A DNA stretch of 64,000 nt from NCBI GenBank assembly GCA_029953675.1, contig JAMWBK010000002.1, positions 1,736,001 to 1,800,000 on the forward strand, written 5' to 3'. The translations under genes were made by a program, and so were the position numbers. A model generated the notes under the pieces. The model saw only the letters and a program-made list of their open reading frames with translations, did not search any database and had not been told where the DNA came from. Positions 1 to 11,314 of the stretch are shown piece by piece. The stretch is from Rhodosorus marinus CCMP1338 (lineage: Eukaryota > Plantae > Rhodophyta). How positions within the stretch are numbered: position 1 is the first letter of the stretch; every line of letters begins with the position of its first letter.

Positions 1-1969
1 GTAGCTTCATCGGCACGCGGTACAGCTAATGTCCCTGGTAGGTCGGGATTGCGCCCATACAAAAGTTCGAAAGGTGAATACTTCGTCGCCTCAGAAATTT
101 TTGAGTGTTGTAGATCAACTCCGCTATGGGTAGATCCGAGGCCCAGGTTGCTTGGGTACTACTGCACCTCAAATACGTCTCCAGAGTTTGGTTGACCCGC
201 TCAGTTTGTCCATCCGTCTGGGGATGGCACGCAGTACTCATGATGGTTTTCACCTTCAACAGCCGCATAAGTTGCGGCCCGATAGACTGGTAAATCACGG
301 TCGGAAACAATCGTGCGGGGTAGTGCATCGAAGAGTACCCAGTTCTGGAGGAAGAGTTCGGCTGTTATGCGCGCTTCTGCACCAGTCCTAGTCGAGACAA
401 ACTTTGCGTACTTGGAGAATCGGTGGACGGTACCAAGATTGGTTCGCCAGTAGCAACGCCGCTTCAACAGGTTGACAGATTTGTGGATGCCGAAATGACC
501 TCCAGTAGGTTCCTTATGATGCCTCCGAAACAGGTCGGGTACGAATTTCTGCGGCACACAGATACGTTGATGTTTGTATAGGATGTCCTGCTTCCTGAGA
601 AAGCCTTGCGCCGCATACTTCGCTGCCTCCAGAAAAATACTGCTGCAAGGTCAGGGTCCTGCACGCTCCAGGCCAATCCTGATGGGGTATGAGCGCAAAG
701 GTCCGTACGAAGTATGAAACGTTGTGCCTCCACATACGTCCGCCAATGTCACGGCCAGGGTTAACGCAAATACTAATTCGCGTTCATATGTCGAGTACTT
801 CTGCTCGGTAGTAGTAAACTTGTGGAGAAATACGCGATTGGGTGCTCTCCGTCTTCACATGTTTGTAGCAGCACAGCACCCTCTCCCTTGCTGCTAAGCG
901 TCTGTGCAAATGGTGAATGTTTGCGTGAAGTCGGGATTTCGAAGGACTGAGTGCTCCATTAATTTTGACCGCGTGTGTCAAACGCTTCCTGCTGCTCAGG
1001 TCCCAACCGAAATCTTTCGTCCTTCTTGGTTACGTCCCATCAGAGGTGTTGCTACGAGGCTGAACCGGGACACATAACTGCGGGGATAGCCCGTAAAGCC
1101 CAGGAAGGACCTTACGTCATTCACGTTCTCCGGGGTTCGCCAATTTTTTAAATGCAGCTGCTTTCCTGGGATCTGGTCGCCGCTTTCCTCCTCCAACGAG
1201 ATGACCCAGATATTTGGTCTCCGGAGCACCAGAAACGCACTTTGATCTTTTGGTATACAACTTCTTGTCCCTCAGTTTTGAAACAACGACATCCGGGTGT
1301 ATCTTATGGTCGTCCGAATTCGCAGAGTATATGATGATCTCGTCAAAAAAGATTGGGACGAAAACCCCTAACTCGTTAAAGAAAATGTGGTTGCAATAAT
1401 CGGGTGAAGATGGCCGGCGGCGCATTTGTCAGTCCAAAAGGCATGACGCGCCATTCATATAGGCCAAATGGCGTCGTGAATGCCGTTTCGGGTATGTCGG
1501 CTTCTTTTACCAAAATTTGCCAATGACCACTCCTCAGATCGATGAGACTGAGCTATGTGGCGCTTCCGAGTGCATCAAGGCAGTCATCAATCCGTGGCGG
1601 GCTCGTTTTGTTGAGGATTGTTACTTTGTTCAACCTTCGGTAGTCTATACCCAGTAGTTGCCCATCATCGTTTTTGTCCACAAAAAAGCATGGCGAAGCG
1701 AATGGTGACGAGCTAGGTCGAACAAGGTTTCTGCTTAAAAGATCATTAAGTTGACTTTTCAGCTCCTGGTGCCCGAGACTCATGAGGTATGGTCATTGCG
1801 TGTTGGCACTGTCCCAGGTTTCAAGTAGATTGCGAGGTTGACATTTCGCCAGGGGCTTAGGTTCTTAATATCATCTACGAAAACGTTCGCGTAGTTTTCC
1901 GTGATGAATTTCTACAGATCCTTTGCCTCTTCCCTTTGCTCTCCGTAAATTCCTCTTTATCTTTGGTTG

Positions 1970-2460
1970 CGGGTTCCTCCAAGGTTTGGATAGCACCATT
2001 TTTAATTTTGTTGGATGTATTTTTCAGGTTATTTGTAGCAAATTCTTTAGGTTCCTCAGGGTTTTCAGGATGTTGATTCGATGTATTTTTCAGGTTATTT
2101 GTAACAAATTCCTTAGGTTCTTAAGGGTTTTCAGGATGTTGATTCGATCTATTTTTCATGTTACTTGTAACAACTTCTTCAGGTTCTTCAGGGTCGTTTG
2201 CCTCAGGGTAATTTACTCCAGGATAATCAGGTTTTTATGCGTTCCTCCAAGGTTTGGATAGCACCAGCTTTAATTTTGTTGGATGAATTTTTCAGGTTAT
2301 TTGTAACAAATTCTTAGGTTCTTCAGGATTTTCAGGATGTTGATTCGGTGTATTTTTGAGGTTATTTGTAACAAATTCATCTAGTTCTTCAGGGCAGTTT
2401 GCATCCAGAGTAATTTACTTCAGGATATTCAGGTTTTTCTTCAGAATTGTTTTCCGGGTT
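1970..2460. repeat. 66-bp minisatellite nested in a ~270-bp higher-order duplication, inside gypsy pol
   Basis: GATGTATTTTTCAGGTTATTTGT recurs at 2014 and 2080, with further diverged copies near 2146, 2282 and 2347. GTTCCTCCAAGGTTTGGATAGCACCA occurs at about 1972 and 2241. Confidence 0.9.
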
Positions 2461-3809
2461 TTCTTGCTTCTTTTCAGGATTTGCTTCTTCAGCTTCTTTG
2501 AATGAATGGTTTAATCGGAGGCTGAAAGAAAAAAGCTTCTTTAAGGGACTCACGTCCTTCTGGTTGTGAATTGATTTCCACCATTTCTTCCTGAGCATTC
2601 AAAGTCAGGATCTGGTTTTGTAAATCCAAGTGCGCTTTATACTTTTGTAGGCAGTCTCTTCACAAATATCCTGGGCTTGTCGCTTTGGGTACCACGTATG
2701 GTTGCCAATCAAAGGTGTGTGCTCCCAGTTGGAGTTGCACGTTGACCTCCCCCAAGATGTCGATAGAGGTATCAGGGTCCGCCGCATCCAGGTTCACATA
2801 TGTCCTTGGCCTAAGCCGAGTAGCGTCCGGAATACCTCTGAGGACGGAATGACTGCCTCCTGTATCAACTGGCTTTATTAGCATAGCCTGAAGCGCTAGC
2901 ATTGAAATTTCCTTGCCATTGACCAGCCCAGTCACTGTCATGTCTCCTTTCATAGGAATCAGGGCGTCTTTTTCAGCAACAGCGGGGGCGGTTCCTACTG
3001 CTGATCTCCTTTTAACTGTTGTGTACGGTAGGAGGTGCGGACTTCGAGACAGTCGGATCCCTGTCTGGATTTCCCCAACAGATCCGCTGAGTATGTCCCT
3101 TTTTACCGCAATAACCGCAGACAACGTTGGCGTCATTACGTTTCTGCAAGGCTTGCGTTCCGGGTTGAAACTGCGACCAGATCTAGAATTTCGGCTGGCT
3201 ATCTCAGCTCCTTCAATTCCCAGCGCGAGTGCTTGTGCCTCCTCAAATGTTTGGACATCGTGCATATGAATATACCGTTTGATGTCAGTCTTCAACCCGT
3301 CGACAAAACGGTCAAACTTCTCCGAATCGGAGATCGTTCCGACTTGGATGAGGCACTTGTTGAAATAAACCGAGTACGCCGCGACCGACGTCCGTTGGAC
3401 CGCTCTCGCGAGCTGTTGCTTAGCTCGGATTTTCGCGTCGGCCGGGTAAATTGTGCCTTCAAGGTTGTCTCAAATCCGTTGTACGTGGTTGGTTTTTGAT
3501 TTTCGGGTATCAACGACCACCAATATGCCCGTCTCCAGTGAGATAACCCTCGGCCAGGGTAATCTTATATTCCTCGTCATCTTCGTGCATTCGCTCTAAT
3601 TTAAAATATGTTCGTAAGCTGTTTAGGAACGTGCTAATCAGCAATGCATGCGTCCGCCGTAAGCCTTCGGTTGCGGGGCCTGGATCTTTATGAGCGACGA
3701 CATTCTGGTTCTGGTTCCTGGGTCTCGGGTTTACTGGTTTTCTGGTTCTGGGCTATCTACGTTGTCCTTCAGGTTCTCTTGCTCCGGGTCGGTTCCTCAA
3801 TCGCAATCA

Positions 3810-4051
3810 TGTGACGAGACCAGCTAACAGGTCGCAAGTTTCCATCCGGATACTGTCTCAATTATTTCAGAATTCAAGGTTTTACCTCCTCCTAATTACT
3901 CCGTAATTAGGTAGTTTATCCCAAAACTAACTTTCCTCTTCTAACTCTGGTTCTTCTTCCTTACTTTCTTTTTTCTCTACGTTCAAGCTAACCTCGAAAG
4001 CATCGGGGATTCCATCGTATTTATACCCTTGCTTCATCAGGATGTGCAACA
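3810..4051 (-). repeat. Candidate 5' LTR of the gypsy element
   Basis: On the minus strand it runs TGTTGCACATCCTGATGAAGCAAGG...TCGTCACA, with TG/CA termini, an internal GGGTATAAATA TATA-like box and a purine-rich tract. It lies upstream of gag. Its start resembles the post-PPT sequence of the second element (CGTCACGTCCTGAAGAGACAGG at 28617). Confidence 0.6.
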
Positions 4052-4059
4052 CCACCGAG

Positions 4060-4661
4060 ACTAGCCTTTGTTCGGCAGCTACCTACCGCAGCGCAACTAA
4101 TCTCAAGCAAGGCGCTCTAAACATCCAGACTAATGTAGCCGTAAACTCCGCTGGGCAGCAGCCTATTGCAGCGCAACACTATTTCCCTGCACTATCTAAG
4201 GGAAAAAGTTACGGTAACCCCGCTACTGGGGTCTCATGCTACGTTCAAAAGAAAAAACAGGGGCCAGTGGATTCTGGGGTTACGCTGAGCTCCGATCGCA
4301 AGCTCCGCGTTCCTTTGCCAAAGCGTGCTGTTCAACTGAGCTCGCACGTCGCTCAGCATCGCAGTACGGTGTAGTAAGTGCTTGCAACTACCTCGGAAAT
4401 ATTCCTGGGTCATTTGTCCTGTGCGTGCAAAGTTTCGATTGCAATCAGGAGGAACGTGTCGTCAGGCTTCTCGATCGACATCGCTTCCTCGTAATGCGCT
4501 AGTTTCGCCTTCCCTTGCATGCGTTGCCGCATACCATCCTCCCCCCGGCTACGGTTGCGGTACTTCTTCCCCAGTGGCGAGATCACCGTCACATCCAGTG
4601 TCCCGTTGGAAGGTCTACGGATGGGGAGCAATAATATCCGGTCGCAGTCCGCAGTTTTCAA
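4060..4661 (-). mobile_element. 3' fragment of an RLE-type (CRE-like) non-LTR retrotransposon
   Basis: Minus strand reads LDVTVISPL...KAKLAHYEEA...FLLIAIETL, then after a frameshift GQMTQEYFR...QLNSTLWQRNAELAI. This fits the PD-(D/E)xK restriction-like endonuclease C-terminus. A T-rich 3' region follows. Confidence 0.7.
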
Positions 4662-5303
4662 AGTAGCTTTCAGGTTCTTGCTTGATGTCTATAAAGTTCC
4701 ATCGATTTAGCCATGGGGCCGGCTCCGCGCAGATTTCGTCGTGGCTGCGCTGCCAAAGTCCAGTCGACACTGGACCATGATGCGTGCGTTGTACACCATT
4801 AGTAACTAGTTTACTACGACACCCCCAGCCTAACTTTTTACCTGACTGAATTCAATCGGTTGGTTTGGGGAAACTTGTCCGTCTTTTCTTAGGTTGAGTA
4901 AATGAATGTATTTTGGTATTTGGCGCCTGATTGAAACAAGTTGTCGAAAAAGTGATTATTGATACAAATTTCATAGGGTTGCTGCTAAAGCACTTCTATG
5001 GAATGTCTCTAACGGCCAAGCTAGATACCAGCTCTTGATCGAAGGAAGCTGCAAGAAAGAAATCTACCGTTTTTGAAGCAAAAACAATTATACGGAAATT
5101 CCATAGTCCTGCGGTCGGTGATTGACAAACTTGCAAGCAAATAGCAACGGCTAACGGAATCCTATTCAACGGCCTTGGACCAGAGGAGTACACGATTTGC
5201 TTGATGGGGCAGAGGCTATAAACTGTTGCATGGGCTTTGTTCATGTGGGGAGAGCTATCTAGGGTCGAGAACCTTGTGCGCAGGGAAAAAATCGCTAGGG
5301 ATA

Positions 5304-6635
5304 ATGGCGCAAAAGAAGAGTATATCCTGGGAGGCTTTGTGCGAAGCTGGGGATCTTGGAGACGATTATGAGCTTGATTTGTCTACTACCAATGTCACTG
5401 TATGTGGGGGAGGAAATGCAGCGCATGTGGGCGCCGCAATGTTCGCTAAACAAGGATGTAAAACGAACATGTACTTATCCTTACCGAAGGAAGCAGAAAA
5501 GATGAAAGCCGGAATCGCTGAGGGTGGGATAGAATGCCAGCAAACAGCCGATGACAACCACATGACCTACGTAGGGTCTCCGCTCGTAAGCGCAGATCCA
5601 TCGATTACGAAAGACAGCGATGTAGTGGTGATTCTTGCACCAGCATTTGCTCATGAAAGTATTTGTCGCGAGACAAAGCCTTTCTTGAAGAAGGGAGCGA
5701 TTATTGGAACCCTCCCGGCACATGGCGGGTTCGATCTAGTTGCCAGGCATGCGCTTGATGAGAAGATTGATGAAGTCGTCGTGTTCGGGACCGTAGGCCT
5801 TCCGTGGACTACAAGAATCATCGAATACGGGAAGAAAGTGGAGGTGTACAGCACAAAGGCCAATTTACGGATGAATTTTCACCCAAGAGTACCCAAGGTA
5901 CCAGCACTTACTTTGCTAAGCACAATGTTTATTGGGACCACTTTCCAAATGGGCAACGACTACTTGGAGTGTACGCTGTGGCCAGTAAACAATGTCATTC
6001 ATCCGGTATGCAGGCTGTGATTGAACTCTGCGAGGCTTAGGGAGAAGTTGAAACTGAAAGAATAACTCGATCTCGCTTGTTCATTGTAGGGTATCCTATA
6101 CGGGCGATGGAAGGATTGGGACGGTATCCCAGTTGCAGAAAAACCCTTGTTCTATAATGGTGTTGATGATTTTACAGCGTCAAAACTTGAAGGAATGAGC
6201 GACGAGATACAGGCAACTGCCAAGGCTGCCCAAAAAGAGCTCGGGGTTGAGCTCGCTGTCCCGTCGCTAAAGGAATTTCTTGAAAATTCCTACGGGGATT
6301 TAATTCCCGATAGAACGTCCTTGAAAACGATATTCCGAACGAGCCCCGCATACCAGGGCCTCACGCACCCGATGACAGAGTCAGAGAGTGGATTCTCACC
6401 TGACTTTAAGAACCGGTATCTGACCGAGGATCTCCCTCACGGTCTGGCGGTAGTTCGAGGAATTGCGGCACTTGTCGAGGTACCCACTCCCTGTATCGAC
6501 GAGGTGCTTACCTGGGCTCAGAACGCCTGCGGACAGTCCTACCTTGTGGATGGCAAGATGACCGGTAATGATATCTCGCACTCGGGAGTACCACAGAGAT
6601 TCGGATTCGAAGAGATTTCCGAGCTTATTTTTTAG
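5304..6635 (+). CDS. Opine dehydrogenase (octopine/tauropine dehydrogenase family); join(5304..6005,6090..6635)
   Basis: Rossmann motif VCGGGNAAH, ILAPAFAH and GTLPAHGGFD are present. An 84-nt GT-AG phase-0 intron joins NNVIHP to GILYGRWKDWDGIPVAEKPLFYNGVD. The C-terminus has FKNRYLTEDLPHGL and VPTPCIDEVLTWAQ. Confidence 0.9.
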
Positions 6636-6639
6636 ATTC

Positions 6640-7640
6640 ATGCTTGGTTTACAAAACTCAAAGGACAACAGGATATTCTAAATCCCAGCCCACCCCCTTG
6701 CCCACTCCTTCCCCCTGGGACCCACCGCAATAGTCCAAACGCACATACGCAGTTAAAGGAAGACCTCAGTTTTCCGACGTGCAAACAAGCTGACCTTCTG
6801 GCTCCCATCGTTGCCTTTGAATCCCTTATGAATGACTTGCTCAAATGGCTTTAATCACAAACTAACCGAAAGACGTGATCTAGAGCGCTTACCACGCACT
6901 GAACTCCAGGCAATTGATAGGTCCGAGCTAAGAGGTACAAGTCAGCGCACGCACCAACCCACACTAAGCGCGGGCTTTATGAAACACTGGGGCATTGCTC
7001 TGCCAAATCAAATACAGGGTTGTGACCACAAGTTTGGGAGACCGTAAACCTCCAAAGCGAAGCAGTAAGCCAAACATTCGGCATCCAGGGATCCATGAAA
7101 CTCCGGAATTCAATCACAGGAAAAACGAATCCTCGCATCAATCCGACGTTTGGGCGCGCACAAGATTCTGCTTTGACTACCAGGCCAGAGAATTTTGCTT
7201 GTTCAAACGCGGCCGAAATAAGCGGACTTGATCTGCTCTCGAGGGCCGTGGCTTGTCGCTTGTGGCTTGTGTCTTGTAGTTGCATTGACGTTCCAATTCA
7301 GTCCCTTCGAACTCTCTCCTCAGCAAAGCATCTACTGTGACGGCTTTCTCGAGTCGATCAAATGTCCATGATACAGGACACGCTGCTGTGTGAGAAGAAT
7401 GCGAGACTTCCGTCCTGTAGTTTGATCGCATTTTCGTAAGCAGATCAGGGAATGGAGTTGTGATGAGAGGAAGGTGAGGAGGCAATTGGTCACGATACTG
7501 CTTCGACCCAATCTTGTTTGGACGCGAAATATGGTTTCCCTCAATCCGCCAAGTCGGGAAAGAAAGCCGCTTCGACATAAAGTTGCCATATCCTACGTTG
7601 CAGAAGCTCCCTTTGACCGCCATGAAATCTTTCATGAAAT
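6640..7640 (-). mobile_element. Possible heavily decayed CRE-like non-LTR retrotransposon 3' half
   Basis: Frameshifted KRLSFP/RLGGLRE (about 7580-7545) resembles the RT-thumb motif LP-x-R-x-GGLG. A downstream CGHNPVFDLAEQC resembles a degenerate Cys/His knuckle. Similarity is weak. Confidence 0.3.
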
Positions 7641-8179
7641 CTTTCGGTATTACAGTCCCTTTTGCATTTGTTTATTCAACCCAAGCACGGGAGACGTGAG
7701 CATTTTCCCTCTACATCTCGCGCAGTCACACTGTCCGCCTTATGAGCAAAGGCTAGCAACTTTATTAGGAGTTTTTCAAAGTGTGCGTTATCCCCTAACA
7801 ACTAGTGAGTGATCCCTTTTAGAACTCAAGTACTCACAATGGCGGAATTCAGGGAGTCCCTGGCTTGCGAATTCTGGCTGTCGGCGAGCGCTCGTCTAAC
7901 ATGTTGAGTTCCAACAAACTGTTTCGAAATTCTAATTAATGAGGCTGAACTGAATTGAAATTTTGATTAGTTTGCTAAGTGACAAGCTTGTGGGTGTTGC
8001 GCTGCATTAGGCAGTTGCCCGGTGAAGTTTACAATTAGGTACCTACCAGTTTGGCTCGGCAGGAGGCTGCCTTTGCTCGCCACAAGCCATCACACCCGTA
8101 TCCAGCGGTGAGACGACGAGTTCGGTGTAAGAAGTCTTCCAAGAAGTATACTGCCTAATCAAAAAAATTTCGAATAGGC

Positions 8180-8620
8180 CACCTATGACCAGGTCCAAGC
8201 TCGGTGGCTAGACATCCCCGTAGCACTTCGGAAACTGGTTTTAGGGGTATTTAGGCAATATAGGCTATTTTTGGTAGTTAAAATAATATTATTATTATAA
8301 TAATATTAATATGCACAACTATGAATTCATATATTTGAGAGGTCATGCTGCTTTCTCGATTATGAGCAAATGAGTTATTGCGTAGAATTGAAACGAATTT
8401 GACTCCTACACCAAAAAGCTCGTATCCAGCTTCTCATGTAGCCAGCTGAGTCATTGGCCTGCCTGTCCGCAGAATACTGGTTTTAGAAACATTTAGAATA
8501 TACAAGTTATTCTTTTGGTGATCAATATGTACAACCGTGAGTTGCTAAGTCATTTTTTGAGGGTGCTAGTAGCTTTCCCGATTAGCAATAATAATATTTG
8601 CTAGAGAATTTACCTTTTAT
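8180..8620. repeat. Degenerate AT-rich tandem duplication (~220-240 bp period)
   Basis: ACTGGTTTTAG...TTTAG at about 8235 and 8476. GCTTT(C/T)CGATTA..GCAA at about 8351 and 8573. Confidence 0.55.
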
Positions 8621-9634
8621 CAAGCCTTCACGGGTTGCGAGTCATTATTTGTCCTCTTTTCCTCCCGCTTCTCGGTATGAATACTGCTTTGTGAATGGAT
8701 GTGTTTATTCGGAGGCTGAACACACATCTTCGTAGGTTCCTTACTCTTTACCCTTTTTAATAGATGACGGTCAGTCTGGAGACTTCAACTCAACTCTTGG
8801 CGGGGGGGAGGGGTGCTTATTGCTTTGTCAATACCACCAGTCGACTTGAATTAAAAACAAGTTCTGAATGAAAATTGGGCAAGAGTTCTGTATGTAGTTT
8901 TTTCTCCAAAAACATAAGTTGTCGGACCCGCTCGGCTAGTCTGTTCGTGAAATCTATTTTGTGAATAGGAGAAGATACAACACAACGAAAATGAATTTCA
9001 GAAATAAAAGCAGAGGGGTCTGGGGGCTACTTGGTGCAAGTGTTTATAGAATAAAATATTTAGTTGATTTTTTGTTGGAATGGGAATTGAAAAAAAATTT
9101 AAAAAGATTATAATAATTTATGCTGGTTCAGGCACCTACTGTCAGGGTTGAGAGGCTGATTGAATTCACGGAGAACCCTCAGTTGGATCAGCTCCACCCC
9201 ATCAGGAGGAGCTTTTCAAAAGTAATATTTTGCTAAATATTGGGGAATGTTATTGGAATGGCATGCTCTAGATGTGGCAACGCTTCATCCGCGGAGACCA
9301 AGGATCACAAGAATGTTAAAAAGGGGTTGGAGCTGGAATATGTCTTCTCTTCCTTCCAGTTTTCCCGAGAATTTCGTAGCATCCTCAAGAAGTAGTAGAG
9401 TCATTTCTGTTGACCAGGAGAGGTGACGCTATTTGAAGCTCGCGGCTCCACTTCTGTACGTACAGGCAGGACGCTCTATAGACAGGGGCTATTCCTCATT
9501 ATAAATAGGAGCTCGTGTTGATGGACCGTGAAAGAGCTGAACGTGGTGTTAGACAAGAGCGAACCTCACGAGGGTAGAGGAGATAGAAATAGATATATAT
9601 TTATATATATATGCAAAGGGAACTGCAGCAGTAA

Positions 9635-10675
9635 ATGAATTCATACGATTATCTGAGGTCAAGGTATTTCTCACTGGAGGACCAGCTCAGAGAGTACGAG
9701 CTCGTCGACGAACGACAGGCCCAGGCAGAAGCACTAGTCCGAACAGCGTCCGATCAAGTCAGAAACATCGAGAAGAAGAGTAAAGGCGCGGAGCTCTCGC
9801 TCGAAAACGGGGAAAAGAAGTTGAGAAAAGCAGAGAGCAGCACAATTCGGAAACTGGTCAATAGGGAAAAATACGACGTCAAGGTTGAGAAATGGCGAAG
9901 CATTACACAGGACGACCGGAAGGCCCTTAAGTACTTGCACGAGGAACTGGATGCGAGAAAACGAAATAGAGCTTGTGCCCAAGAAGCTCTGGAACAAGCA
10001 AAAAGACAGGTTGCTAGTAGAAACCAACTAGACAAGCAGAGAAAGGAGTTGCTCGAGCAAGCGTTCCAGGGTTTGGGAGGTGATGCCGCTGAGACTCATT
10101 GGGAGGCTGAGCGGAGAACCCTTCGACTAGTTTACGAGGAGAGCGTGAAAAGAAGCGATGAACAGGCCAAGGGTCTTCGCTATTTGGAGAAGGCGAAGGA
10201 GCAAATGGCAACAGGGCACGAGCGACTGAGGCACGCGTTGAATTATAATACAGTAGATCTTTTCAGTGGTCAGGGGGGTCTGCTCTCGTTGTATGCATCA
10301 GCACAAACGAACCAGAGTATGCGAGAAGCCAAACAACTCCACGAGCAGGCACAATCATCATTTGAGGAAGCTGTTGAGATCAATCCTGATATACCAGAAG
10401 CTCAAGCGGCGGTTATAAACTTTTCCTCTTTTCTGAGCTTCACAAACATCTTCATCGACGGGGTGATAACGGACTTTGTTGTTCGCAATAAAGTGAATAA
10501 GGCTATCAAGGAGTCGGCAATGGCGCTGAAGCGGGTAAACGCTGCGCACGCGCATCAAATTTCATTTTGTGCAGAGCTAAGAGCTGCCGTGAAGCAGGAC
10601 AGAATAAATCTCGATCGCGCCGAGGAGGCCTTGGAAAGAGAGCGCGTACGACTGATCCATCAGTGGGTCTATTAG
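9635..10675 (+). CDS. Uncharacterised 346-aa coiled-coil protein, single exon
   Basis: Long ATG-to-stop ORF with K/E/R/Q/A heptad-like composition. Two short hydrophobic/Gly segments stand out (VDLFSGQGGLLSLY; FSSFLSFTNIFIDGVITDFVV). A TA-rich promoter-like region lies upstream. Confidence 0.85.
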   Translation: MNSYDYLRSRYFSLEDQLREYELVDERQAQAEALVRTASDQVRNIEKKSKGAELSLENGEKKLRKAESSTIRKLVNREKYDVKVEKWRSITQDDRKALKYLHEELDARKRNRACAQEALEQAKRQVASRNQLDKQRKELLEQAFQGLGGDAAETHWEAERRTLRLVYEESVKRSDEQAKGLRYLEKAKEQMATGHERLRHALNYNTVDLFSGQGGLLSLYASAQTNQSMREAKQLHEQAQSSFEEAVEINPDIPEAQAAVINFSSFLSFTNIFIDGVITDFVVRNKVNKAIKESAMALKRVNAAHAHQISFCAELRAAVKQDRINLDRAEEALERERVRLIHQWVY

Positions 10676-11314
10676 AGATGGTTTGCGACCCCTATCTGAC
10701 GAACTGAGGGTTTTCAAGCTAGCTGAGCATTACGCATATGGTTTCTTACTTTTCATTTATGATTATAAACAAGTTATAGCAACAGATGTCAGTGACTAAA
10801 TTATTTCAGCGAACTTCACAACCATCAACTTCTGCTCGGATCTCCACGAAAACGCACGGGTCCGCTTCCTACCATGGTGGCACAAAGGTTGGGTGTACCA
10901 AGAGCTCCAGGCCATCTGCCCAGTTTGGATACCGCTATCGATGCCGTGTCTTAGTAACCCACCCGAGAGCTTCCTCCTCGGTGATCGGCATTCTTTCTTC
11001 AGCAAGTCTTTGTAGGAGATGACCTCATAAGGGACCATGGTTGACCAGGGAGCTGGGCATGCGTGGAAAAGTCTGTGAAACATTCCAATGGTCACGTGCG
11101 TGTAATGCTGTTCACCAAGCCTTTCGCAATCGCAAAATTCACTGGGACATGCGACCGAGCAGATCAGTCAACCCTCTTGAACGGCAAATCATTTTCCTCC
11201 GTGTGGCGAGGCGAACTCACAAACCATAATCGAACGCGCCTCGGTGAACGAGCAAGCGCCAACCTGAAAGGGCTCGTGCGCGTGAGGAGTTCAATGATGT
11301 TCAACTTCCTTTCA

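Larger units (their letters stand above)
1..4051 (-). mobile_element. Degenerate Ty3/gypsy LTR retrotransposon (gag-PR-RT-RH-IN), running off the left window edge
   Basis: Frameshifted minus-strand fragments are in gypsy order. Gag lies at 3513-2900, with a shifted-frame knuckle CGYCGKKGHTQRIC at about 3120-3076. Then come protease VDTGGSHS (about 2860), RT (SSSPFASP, IDYRRLNK, PRIDD at 1783-1553; FFDEIIIYS; YLGH), VRSFLGFTGY (about 1100), integrase HH (HKEPTGGHFG) and integrase core (IVSDRD, HPQTDGQTERVNQTLETYLR). Confidence 0.95.

Noticed and set aside
5226-5303. Upstream in-frame extension of the opine dehydrogenase ORF
   Set aside because: It begins at TTG. The first ATG at 5304 gives a complete enzyme, and no targeting peptide is evident.
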